Shown here piece after piece: positions 15,122 through 22,191 of a stretch of DNA of 41,883 bases (positions are counted from its first letter, which is position 1; every line of letters starts with the position of its first letter). The notes below the pieces were generated by a model, which had not been told where the DNA came from, made no database searches, and saw nothing but the letters and a program-made list of their open reading frames with translations. Made by a program: the position numbers and the translations under genes. This DNA is from a virus: the IMG/VR virus record IMGVR_UViG_3300045988_090545; one strand, written 5' to 3'.

Positions 15122-15371
15122 TATATTCTTCCTTTCTCCATGCTCCACCACTGAAGTACCATTCAACAAGCATGGTTCTAAATTCCTTCTGATCTTCCTC
15201 TGACCCATTTAAACACTGATCAAGTGCATATTTATAAGCTTCCTTCTCAGGAACAAAATCACCAGTACCAAATTTGTGGTAACCATGCTCTTTTACTACT
15301 TCAGGTTGTGATGGATAACAACTTTCCCATTCAGAATCCACAACCATGCGGTTCTCAATCCTTTCCGGCAT
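15111..15371 (-). CDS. Hypothetical protein
   Basis: 86 aa from the ATG at 15371, with GAGGAAGGTGATAAGG upstream. Confidence 0.5.
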   Translation of the reverse strand: MPERIENRMVVDSEWESCYPSQPEVVKEHGYHKFGTGDFVPEKEAYKYALDQCLNGSEEDQKEFRTMLVEWYFSGGAWRKEEYSGT

Positions 15372-15543
15372 CCTTATCACCTTCCTCTGTTTTAATTCCG
15401 AGGATTGCTTTAAGTCCGACAGATGCAAAAGCATCACCGCTTATTAACATCTGCCTAGCAGAAACGATAATCCGCAGTGCTTCTATTCCTGCAATAAAGT
15501 CACCGTAAGGAACATTGACCATCAATTCTTCATTTTCTCCCAT
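15355..15543 (-). CDS. Small hypothetical protein
   Basis: 62-aa ORF. TAATG overlap with the upstream stop. Confidence 0.5.
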   Translation of the reverse strand: MGENEELMVNVPYGDFIAGIEALRIIVSARQMLISGDAFASVGLKAILGIKTEEGDKDAGKD

Positions 15544-16475
15544 TACTCTTTCACCTCCACAAGTTCACCATTTTCCAATCTATACCATGTATCCGGCTTC
15601 ACTTTTCTACCGTCTACCAGAAACATCTTCGCATCGATAAACTCCCACGCTTCCTGCTCTGCTTTGTCGTATCTGTCATCCTCTTTACTGCCAATGTATT
15701 TCCATTCAGCAAGAACGATATGGGAACCAAGGACACCCATTGCTTTTCCTTTGTATCCCCATGCAACCGCAACGCTCTCGGGATCGTTGGCAGAGGATGC
15801 ACCTTTGTAACCTGTGGCAGAGGATGCACCGCAGTTACCTGTGGCAGAGGATGCACCGTAGTCACCTGTGGCAGAGGATGCACCTTTGTAACCTGTGGCA
15901 GAGGATGCACCGTAGTCACCTGTGGCAGAGGATGCACCGTAGTCACCTGTGGCAGAGGATGCACCGTAGTAACCTGTGGCAGAGGATGCACCTTTGTAAC
16001 CTGTGGCAGAGGATGCACCTTTGTAACCTGTGGCAGAGGATGCACCGTAGTCACCTGTGGCAGAGGATGCACCGTAGTCACCTGTGGCAGAGGATGCACC
16101 GTAGTCACCTGTGGCAGAGGATGCACCGTAGTCTTCATCACTTTTTGCTTCTTTTTTAACTCTACTCATGGTAAAATCAATTGCTGCCTTTACCAGACCG
16201 GAAATATCCAATCTTGCACCAATCTTTATTTTTGTGGATGCAACCTTGGAATCATCTTCACCTCTGTCAAATTCACCGCTCTGCTCCACCTCATGGTAAA
16301 CAGATTCATTTGGAGAATAATAATTAAGACAATCCAGTGGATGTTCGCAAGCGTGGAATCCACTATGACAAGCATCTGCTGTCTCCTCTTCGTACTCCTT
16401 GCCTTCTTCGTACTGGAATCCACGGCAAGTCATGTCCTTGTTGAATCCTTTATAGCTTTTGATAATCTCAGCCAT
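15543..16475 (-). CDS. Phage protein with a conserved Cys/His N-domain and 13 tandem GASSATGxx nonapeptides
   Basis: 310 aa from MAEIIKSYKGFNKDMTCRGFQYEEGKEYE..CHSGFHACEHPLDCLNYY. RBS GGAGGTGG upstream. Central repeat block, then a globular C-terminus. Confidence 0.75.
   Translation of the reverse strand: MAEIIKSYKGFNKDMTCRGFQYEEGKEYEEETADACHSGFHACEHPLDCLNYYSPNESVYHEVEQSGEFDRGEDDSKVASTKIKIGARLDISGLVKAAIDFTMSRVKKEAKSDEDYGASSATGDYGASSATGDYGASSATGDYGASSATGYKGASSATGYKGASSATGYYGASSATGDYGASSATGDYGASSATGYKGASSATGDYGASSATGNCGASSATGYKGASSANDPESVAVAWGYKGKAMGVLGSHIVLAEWKYIGSKEDDRYDKAEQEAWEFIDAKMFLVDGRKVKPDTWYRLENGELVEVKE
15788..16133. repeat. 13 tandem copies of a 27-bp unit (minus-sense coding for GASSATG + 2 variable residues)
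   Basis: The unit ACCTGTGGCAGAGGATGCACCGTAGTC is repeated head to tail. Units differ almost only in the 6 nt encoding DY, YK, YY or NC. Confidence 0.95.
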
Positions 16476-16591
16476 CAGTCCACCTCCGCACACTTCAGAC
16501 CGTCCTCGGTCACTACCAGTACTCCTGCTTCAATCAGAGCATTGATGGTGCTCTCGCTTGCTCTCTCGATAGGTATAATCTGCTTTTTCAT
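16475..16591 (-). CDS. Micro-ORF (38 aa), translationally coupled
   Basis: MKKQIIPIERASESTINALIEAGVLVVTEDGLKCAEVD. RBS AAAGGAGAAAAG upstream. Its start overlaps the upstream stop (ATGA) and its stop overlaps the downstream start (TGATG). Confidence 0.45.
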   Translation of the reverse strand: MKKQIIPIERASESTINALIEAGVLVVTEDGLKCAEVD

Positions 16592-16713
16592 TCTTTCTTT
16601 TCTCCTTTTCTCGTGATTGTAATCTTCGGGTTCTTCATGCCAATCTGGTCGGCATATAACTCTGCCAGAATGCGCATTGCTCTGTCAGCTTGTTCCTCAG
16701 TCATTGCAGACAT
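16588..16713 (-). CDS. Micro-ORF (41 aa) immediately downstream of cro-like gene
   Basis: MSAMTEEQADRAMRILAELYADQIGMKNPKITITRKGEKKE. RBS TAGGAGGATGCGG upstream. Confidence 0.45.
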   Translation of the reverse strand: MSAMTEEQADRAMRILAELYADQIGMKNPKITITRKGEKKE

Positions 16714-16723
16714 CCGCATCCTC

Positions 16724-16909
16724 CTATTCTTTCAATAACGTATCTACTTTCACATTCAGAACATCAGCAACAGCTTTAAGGTTTTTAGCTGTGGGAGAAG
16801 ATTCTTTCCACTTGAAAATAGATCCTCTTGCAAGATTGGCTTTGCTCTCAACTTCCGTGATTGCTATGCCTTTTTTCTTGCAAATTTCTTTGATATTTTC
16901 ATAAACCAA
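16724..16909 (-). CDS. Cro-like XRE-family HTH regulator
   Basis: 61 aa. ..ENIKEICKKKGIAITEVESKANLARGSIFKWKES.. is an XRE HTH. TTG start. Divergent from the CI-like gene. Confidence 0.8.
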   Translation of the reverse strand: MVYENIKEICKKKGIAITEVESKANLARGSIFKWKESSPTAKNLKAVADVLNVKVDTLLKE

Positions 16910-16962
16910 AAAATTCCAACCCCTTTCCTTTGAAATTGAGCTGAAAATTTTACGAAAGTATA

Positions 16963-16991
16963 TTGACCTATCACTGAAAATATTCTATAAT
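16963..16991 (+). promoter_or_regulatory. Consensus promoter TTGACC-17-TATAAT directed toward the CI-like gene
   Basis: -35 at 16963-16968 and -10 at 16986-16991. The spacer contains the operator core CTGAAAATATT. Confidence 0.6.
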
Positions 16992-17066
16992 TTAAACCGT
17001 GACGAAGAAATAACAAAATACTGTGGCAGGTTGTTTTATTGCGTAAAATATTCAACTCATAATTTT

Positions 17067-17094
17067 ATTATACGCAATATTTTCAACTTGTCAA
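17067..17094 (-). promoter_or_regulatory. Consensus promoter TTGACA-16-TATAAT directed toward the cro-like gene and early operon
   Basis: On the minus strand, -35 at 17094-17089 and -10 at 17072-17067. The spacer contains the operator core TTGAAAATATT. Confidence 0.6.
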
Positions 17095-17135
17095 TAGTGT
17101 TTTGCGCAAAATTTTCAACTTTTTTGAGGTGCAAA

Positions 17136-17468
17136 ATGTACGAAAGAATAAAAATGTTGTGTAAGCAAAATGGTACTAATATTACTGCACTTGAAAGGGA
17201 ATTAGGATTCGCAAAAGGTTCTATATGTAAATGGGAAAACCATGAGCCAAGTTATGAGAGAGTTAAGATGATAGCAGATAGATTTCATGTTTCTGTGGAA
17301 TACATAAAAAATGGAGAGGATGTCAAGTGGAATCCAAAAGAGCAGACGATGGATTACACAATTTCTCTATCCGAGGAAGAGCAGGATTTGCTGATGGAAT
17401 ACCGCAAAGCAGATGACACCCAAAAAGAAATGATTAGGCGAATATTAGCCTATTCAGATAAAATGTAA
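17136..17468 (+). CDS. CI-like XRE-family repressor
   Basis: 110 aa from the ATG at 17136, with RBS GAGGTG. HTH ..GTNITALERELGFAKGSICKWEN.. plus a C-terminal oligomerisation-like tail. Confidence 0.8.
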   Translation: MYERIKMLCKQNGTNITALERELGFAKGSICKWENHEPSYERVKMIADRFHVSVEYIKNGEDVKWNPKEQTMDYTISLSEEEQDLLMEYRKADDTQKEMIRRILAYSDKM

Positions 17469-17485
17469 AAAGGAGAAAAACTATT

Positions 17486-18058
17486 ATGGAAGAAACAAAG
17501 AAATGTAAATACTGTCAATCAGACATTCCGAAGAAAGCTACGGTTTGTCCAGTATGCAAGAGGAAACAATCAAGTACGATTAAAGTAGTTTTGATTTGTC
17601 TTGCCGTGTTTTTTGCGATTGGAATTGTTGGCTCTCTATCAGATGATTCCTCTGACAGTTCATCGAGTTCTACCACAACGCAAAAGCAGAGCACATCTGC
17701 ATCCACGAAAGAAACTACTGTGCAACAAGAAGAAGTAATTGAATATACCGCAATTACGGTGGAACAACTTGACAACGATTTGAAAGACAATGCTTTGAAA
17801 GCAACAGATTCTTACAAAGGAAAATATTTAGAAATTACTGGCAGACTTTCAAATATCGATGCAAGTGGAAAGTATATCAGTCTATCGAATGACGAATTTT
17901 TAGATGTTTACGGTGTGCAGTGTTATGTAAAATCAGATGAGCAAAAACAGAAAGTCATGGACATGAAAATAGATGAGCATTACACTATCCGAGTAAAAAT
18001 TAAAGATGTCGGAGAAGTTATGGGATATTCCGCTGATATAATTGATTTTGTAGACTAA
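17486..18058 (+). CDS. Zinc-ribbon, single-pass membrane protein with Ser/Thr-rich linker and OB-like ectodomain
   Basis: CKYCQ..CPVCK, then TM VVLICLAVFFAIGIVGSL, then DDSSDSSSSSTTTQKQSTSAST, then a ~110-aa domain. RBS AAAGGAG upstream. Confidence 0.75.
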   Translation: MEETKKCKYCQSDIPKKATVCPVCKRKQSSTIKVVLICLAVFFAIGIVGSLSDDSSDSSSSSTTTQKQSTSASTKETTVQQEEVIEYTAITVEQLDNDLKDNALKATDSYKGKYLEITGRLSNIDASGKYISLSNDEFLDVYGVQCYVKSDEQKQKVMDMKIDEHYTIRVKIKDVGEVMGYSADIIDFVD

Positions 18059-18063
18059 AGATT

Positions 18064-18090
18064 AAGCCACTTTTATAGTGGCTTTTTCTG
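18064..18090 (+). terminator. Rho-independent terminator
   Basis: AAGCCAC-TTTTATA-GTGGCTT followed by TTTCTG. Confidence 0.7.
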
Positions 18091-18106
18091 TCAGAAAGGA
18101 ACAGTA

Positions 18107-19459
18107 ATGATTAACTGCGCAATCTACCCACGTAAATCCAAAGCCGTGGACAACTCCGACAGTATGGACGTGCAAATTGATATGTGCCGCCGGTACTTGG
18201 ATAACAAGTACGGATCCGGGAATTACACTGCCACGGTTTATGATGGAGACTATGGGATCACCGGGCACTCCACCAAAAAGAGAAAAGACTTTCAGCGAAT
18301 GATGCGGGATGTGTCTAATAGAAAAATTCAGCTTGTTGTTATTCAGCGGTATGACCGTATCGCACGTAATACCCGAGATTTTTGCAACCTATATCACGAC
18401 ATGGAAATAAATGGATGCAATCTTGTCTCCGTCAGTCAGCAGATCGACACAACTACACCCTATGGAAAAAACTTCATGTATATGCAGGCATCAATGGCAG
18501 AGTTGGAATGGGCCCTTAACTCTGAGAGAAGAAAAGATACTATCCGGTATGCGGCATCCATCGGGAAATCTATACTCCCGGATCACTCTACACCGTTTGG
18601 ATACCACAACGCTGTCGTGAATGGAGTGCGCAGACTGGTAAAGGAAGAACAATGGGAAGATGCTGTTGCAGATCTGTTTGAATACTATCGCAAATATCGA
18701 AACTACTCTGCCACCGCCCGGCATATCAACCAACAGTACGGTACAAGATTTGAGATCCAGGCTATCAAGCGCATAATCCGCAGCCCTTTTTATTATGGAT
18801 GTTACAAGGATAATGATAATTTCTGCGAGCCATATATATCTAAAGAGGACTGGCAGGATCTCCAACAGAAAAAGCCAGTGATCCGTACCGCAGGAAACAA
18901 GCGGACCGAGGTATTATTCTCCGGTATGATCCGATGCCCGGAGTGTAATCGGCTGATGCGGTCCTGTCAGAAAAGCCACCGAAGCGGTAATGTGTATCGG
19001 TATTACCACTGCGAATATCACTCCACCAAAATGTGCGGATTTGCCAAGGTAAAATCCGAGAATCTTATCGAGGAGATGCTACTGAACCGGGTCGATACCT
19101 TTTTGGCAGAACGTGAAGCGGCTATGTCAGATCAGAAATCAGAGAAAAAGCACTCAACCAACAATGTATCAAAATACCGGGCAGAGTTGGACAGGCTTAA
19201 CACAATGTTCCTAAAGGGCAGAATAAGCGAAGAATACTATGACACGGAGTATTTAAGGCTAAATGATTTAATAGGGCAGTATGAAGCTTCTAGGCAGTCT
19301 CACGACAGCGTTAAGCACTTGCAAGAGGTGTTTGTGTCAGACTGGAAAGAAATTTACAAGGATCTCGATAAACTGCACCGAAAATTCTTTTGGAGGGATG
19401 TAATCCGGCAGATAATCGTTGACGATAACATGAATGTAATTGATGTTATTTTTTTATAA
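18107..19459 (+). CDS. int: Large serine recombinase (phage integrase)
   Basis: Resolvase N-domain with catalytic Ser (AIYPRKSK) and VVIQRYDRIARN. Followed by a recombinase domain, a zinc ribbon (CPECNRLM..YYHCEYH) and a coiled-coil C-terminus. Confidence 0.9.
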   Translation: MINCAIYPRKSKAVDNSDSMDVQIDMCRRYLDNKYGSGNYTATVYDGDYGITGHSTKKRKDFQRMMRDVSNRKIQLVVIQRYDRIARNTRDFCNLYHDMEINGCNLVSVSQQIDTTTPYGKNFMYMQASMAELEWALNSERRKDTIRYAASIGKSILPDHSTPFGYHNAVVNGVRRLVKEEQWEDAVADLFEYYRKYRNYSATARHINQQYGTRFEIQAIKRIIRSPFYYGCYKDNDNFCEPYISKEDWQDLQQKKPVIRTAGNKRTEVLFSGMIRCPECNRLMRSCQKSHRSGNVYRYYHCEYHSTKMCGFAKVKSENLIEEMLLNRVDTFLAEREAAMSDQKSEKKHSTNNVSKYRAELDRLNTMFLKGRISEEYYDTEYLRLNDLIGQYEASRQSHDSVKHLQEVFVSDWKEIYKDLDKLHRKFFWRDVIRQIIVDDNMNVIDVIFL

Positions 19460-19478
19460 CGCTTTTGGTTACCTTATG

Positions 19479-19506
19479 TGATGGTTGCTTGAGCAAGCAA
19501 CAATCA
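19479..19506. other. Candidate attP core: 13-bp inverted arms around a central AG dinucleotide
   Basis: TGATGGTTGCTTG-AG-CAAGCAACAATCA, with one mismatch in the 13-bp arms, lies 20 nt downstream of the serine integrase stop. Confidence 0.4.
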
Positions 19507-19519
19507 AGGCAGTACATAA

Positions 19520-19560
19520 AATCCCCCGCCGGATCTGCTCCGATGGGGGATTGCTTTTTA
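19520..19560. terminator. Bidirectional terminator between integrase and endolysin
   Basis: AATCCCCC-(17 nt)-GGGGGATT has an A-run before it and GCTTTTTA after it. The two genes converge here. Confidence 0.6.
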
Positions 19561-20325
19561 TGCTGCCAGGTACTTTCTTGTGGTCTTGCCCGCCAGTCCG
19601 TCGGCTGTGATCTTGCAAGACTTCTGATATTTAATGATAGCTGCTACGGTTTTACGACCGCAGATACCGTCAATGTCAGCTTCTGTCAACAGGCCGGCTT
19701 CCATGAGTTCCCACTGAATCCACTTGACACCCTCACCAGCGGAAATGAATACCTTGATATTCTTCTTCTTTGCCTGTGCCTTACTTGTTACCGTCATGGT
19801 AGGCTTTGTGTAAGGGTTTGTCCCTTTCCATGTGCCAGGCACCTTGGTCTCATAGGTATATGTCATGTCCTTGAAGGTAAGACCGTACACCCACTTGGTA
19901 GAGGATACTTTGGTCAGCACCGTGCCGTAATTGATGCCCTTGGCTTCGATGCACATAGGGACACCATTTACCTTGCCGATATAGACACCCACATGGCCAG
20001 ACTTCCACAGGACAGTTCCGAGAGCAAAGTCATTAATCTTTGCAATCGGCATACGGTTGTATGCGGTCTGATAGAGTTGGTAGGAGCCGATGTTAAGCTG
20101 CCGGTAACCGGCAATCAGTCCTGAGCAGTCCACATTGACCTTGCCGACCTGTCCCTTTCGCCGTGCCTTTGCCATATAGTAGGTGGTCACGACCTTGGGA
20201 TACATTCTGTGCATAGTGCTCATTTTGTTTTCGGTCAGAGCACCCTCGGGAATCTTGGATCCGTAAAAATATGGAGTGCCAAGACGGTTTTTTGCGTATG
20301 CAACTAATTCGTTTCCTGTTTTCAT
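19558..20325 (-). CDS. Endolysin: NlpC/P60 (C40) peptidase plus C-terminal PG_binding_1 domain
   Basis: Catalytic NVDCSGLI and SGHVGVYIG. C-terminal ..WIQWELMEAGLL..DGICGRKTVAAIIKYQKSCKITADGLAGKTT. ATG at 20325 follows AAAGGAAAATAAA. Confidence 0.85.
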   Translation of the reverse strand: MKTGNELVAYAKNRLGTPYFYGSKIPEGALTENKMSTMHRMYPKVVTTYYMAKARRKGQVGKVNVDCSGLIAGYRQLNIGSYQLYQTAYNRMPIAKINDFALGTVLWKSGHVGVYIGKVNGVPMCIEAKGINYGTVLTKVSSTKWVYGLTFKDMTYTYETKVPGTWKGTNPYTKPTMTVTSKAQAKKKNIKVFISAGEGVKWIQWELMEAGLLTEADIDGICGRKTVAAIIKYQKSCKITADGLAGKTTRKYLAA

Positions 20326-20401
20326 TTTATTTTCCTTTCTATATTTTTTAATTATTGTTATGTTTTTAATCTCCGCCCATCTGCTATGACTACTTCTGTA
20401 A

Positions 20402-20713
20402 ATACATGGCAAGTTAGACACCACAACTGAAGCAATAGTTCATGATAATATCACTGGCATATTTACATATACCAGAATCGGACATATGTGCATTGGATGT
20501 GGTACATTAACCACCACAAATGATATAGATGCATACTCCGCTATAGTTAGTAATCTACCACAAACGTATACAGGTAATCCTTATCCTGGTGCCTTTGTTG
20601 CAGAGGATAATACTTATAATGATTTTTATATCAATGGATCAGCCATCGTAAACCGTAAGCCCGTATCAAAAGGGCATATATTGAGGCTATCATGTGTCTA
20701 TATGTGCCAATAA
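20402..20713 (+). other. Start-less open frame resembling an alternative tail-fibre tip (silent cassette). The ORF track lists only 20486..20713.
   Basis: The frame is open from the TAA at 20399-20401 through 20713 (104 codons). There is no SD before the first ATG at 20486. It ends back to back with the fibre stop (TAATTA). Size and LPQTY/VPDGY..C-terminal layout are similar to the expressed tip. Confidence 0.45.
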
Positions 20714-21991
20714 TTAGTCTCTTATAAAAATCGGTACTATATATACATGGGAAAAGTCTCTGGCCTGCGTATGACGATTATAAGCATTAACGAGCACTCG
20801 GCTGTTATCATTGTCGTAATTAGCTGCCGATACTCCACAGACTACATCATTATTACTACAGCATATAGCGGTAAAAAAGCTATATCCATCCGGGACTATA
20901 ATACTTATCCATTGAGCAGCCCATGATACTGGCGATATAGCAGTACTACTTGATCCATAGACTTTATCTCCGTATGTATATAAGCTTAACTTGCTATTTA
21001 CATCACTAATTGCCCCAGTGACAGTGCCGTTTCCGATTGATGAAATATCAGCATTTCCTATTAGAGAAATTAATGTTTTGATGTTCTTTATCGCAAGGCT
21101 AACCTTGCCGATAATTCCGCTGAGTTTTTCGCCTGTGGTCGGCTGTGCAAGGTCGGCTGGCTCAGTGAATGCTACGGTTGTGTTGGAAGCATCACCTGTC
21201 TTTTTGAGATAATCAGTCAAGTCAATGTTGGCTAATTTTTGGTCGGTAGTGGTCTTGTCGTAGTAATTCACAAGATTATCAACATCTTTTTTAATATATC
21301 CAGCGTCATTCTCTAATTCACTAACCTTTGTAGGTATACCTCCTGTTTGCTGTTTTGCCTGCTCCATATAATACTTTGCGTTATCAGTATCTTCTCCTTC
21401 TCTTGTTCCGGTTCCACCTATGGCATAAGATTCAGCCAATACAGATTTTGCATTTGCGGATTGCGCATAAGCAGATGCATTTGCGGATTCTACTCTAATA
21501 TCTGCTAAATAATTAGGCTGTAGCATAGCATCTGTTACTGATCCTGTTTTGATTGAAAAAGAATAAGTCTTATTCTTTCCAGTACCAGTCACGGATACAG
21601 CTATGGTTGCAGAATCTTCAAATGTCAACACCGGAATCATAGAACCAATATCAGCTGTAAACTGTGTTCCATCTTCTGTAGTCATGGTAATGATTCCGTC
21701 ATCAGACATGGAAAAGCCGACAGGAATTTTTTCAATGTTAAGGTCAAAAATAACCTTTTCTCCATTGTACTTTGTAATGGTGATTATTCCTGTAGCTTCA
21801 TCCATAGTCCAATCAGCAATATTTCCGTTTATTGCAGACTTGTCTACTTTTAAGGCATCCTGTGATATGATACGGTTGTCCAACGCATCAATAGCAGAAT
21901 CCATCTGATTAAGATTGTATGCATCTAAATCCGTGTTTTCACTGGGGTAATCTTCCCAGTTAATTCTGGTATAAACCTTATTCAGCGCCAT
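20714..21991 (-). CDS. Tail fibre / receptor-binding protein
   Basis: The N-terminus YTRINWEDYPSENTDLDAYNLNQMDSAIDALDNRI is typical of Firmicutes phage fibres. Central ANASAYAQSANAKSVLAESYA.. coiled segment. Sits last in the tail module. Confidence 0.8.
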   Translation of the reverse strand: MALNKVYTRINWEDYPSENTDLDAYNLNQMDSAIDALDNRIISQDALKVDKSAINGNIADWTMDEATGIITITKYNGEKVIFDLNIEKIPVGFSMSDDGIITMTTEDGTQFTADIGSMIPVLTFEDSATIAVSVTGTGKNKTYSFSIKTGSVTDAMLQPNYLADIRVESANASAYAQSANAKSVLAESYAIGGTGTREGEDTDNAKYYMEQAKQQTGGIPTKVSELENDAGYIKKDVDNLVNYYDKTTTDQKLANIDLTDYLKKTGDASNTTVAFTEPADLAQPTTGEKLSGIIGKVSLAIKNIKTLISLIGNADISSIGNGTVTGAISDVNSKLSLYTYGDKVYGSSSTAISPVSWAAQWISIIVPDGYSFFTAICCSNNDVVCGVSAANYDNDNSRVLVNAYNRHTQARDFSHVYIVPIFIRD

Positions 21992-22181
21992 TTGCAGAAA
22001 CCTCGCTTTCTTTTTCTTTATTTCTTTCTTCCAACTCTACATTGATTTGATTGTCTGCGGCTCTGTTAATTTGCCCGGCAATATCATTCACAATTAGCCG
22101 CTTAATCTCCATCGGTAGACCACATTCGTTAAAAAGATTTATGATTGACTGTTCAAATTCTCTGATTTCTAAACTATTCAT
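21978..22181 (-). CDS. Small hypothetical tail-module protein
   Basis: 67-aa ORF between the Tal-like and fibre genes. Confidence 0.5.
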   Translation of the reverse strand: MNSLEIREFEQSIINLFNECGLPMEIKRLIVNDIAGQINRAADNQINVELEERNKEKESEVSANGAE

Positions 22182-22191
22182 GCTGCTTCTC

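Larger units (their letters stand above)
16939..17121. promoter_or_regulatory. Five copies of a ~19-bp operator-like repeat (TTGCGYAAAATWTTCAACT)
   Basis: Direct copies at 17039-17057, 17071-17089 and 17102-17121, with TTCAACT cores 31 and 32 bp apart. Inverted copies at 16939-16957 (17/19 match) and 16971-16988 (core only). Confidence 0.65.

Noticed and set aside
15788-16133. Possible CRISPR array, because of regular short repeats
   Set aside because: The units are contiguous with no spacers, lie inside a coding frame with period 27 (a multiple of 3), and no cas genes are present.
15614-16616. Long ORFs 15614..16141 (-), 15720..16616 (+) and 15740..16159 (+) with repetitive translations (VHPLPQVT.., CGRGCT.., LWQRMH..)
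   Set aside because: They are alternative-frame readings of the 27-bp tandem repeat, which has no stops in any frame. Only the GASSATG frame has an SD, a start and non-repetitive flanking domains.
20326-20713. Search for a conventional holin on the minus strand upstream of the endolysin
   Set aside because: Hand translation of all three minus frames gives nothing longer than about 22 codons, and none is hydrophobic.
20714-21991. Diversity-generating retroelement targeting the fibre tip
   Set aside because: There is no reverse transcriptase gene anywhere in the window, and no template/variable repeat pair was seen.
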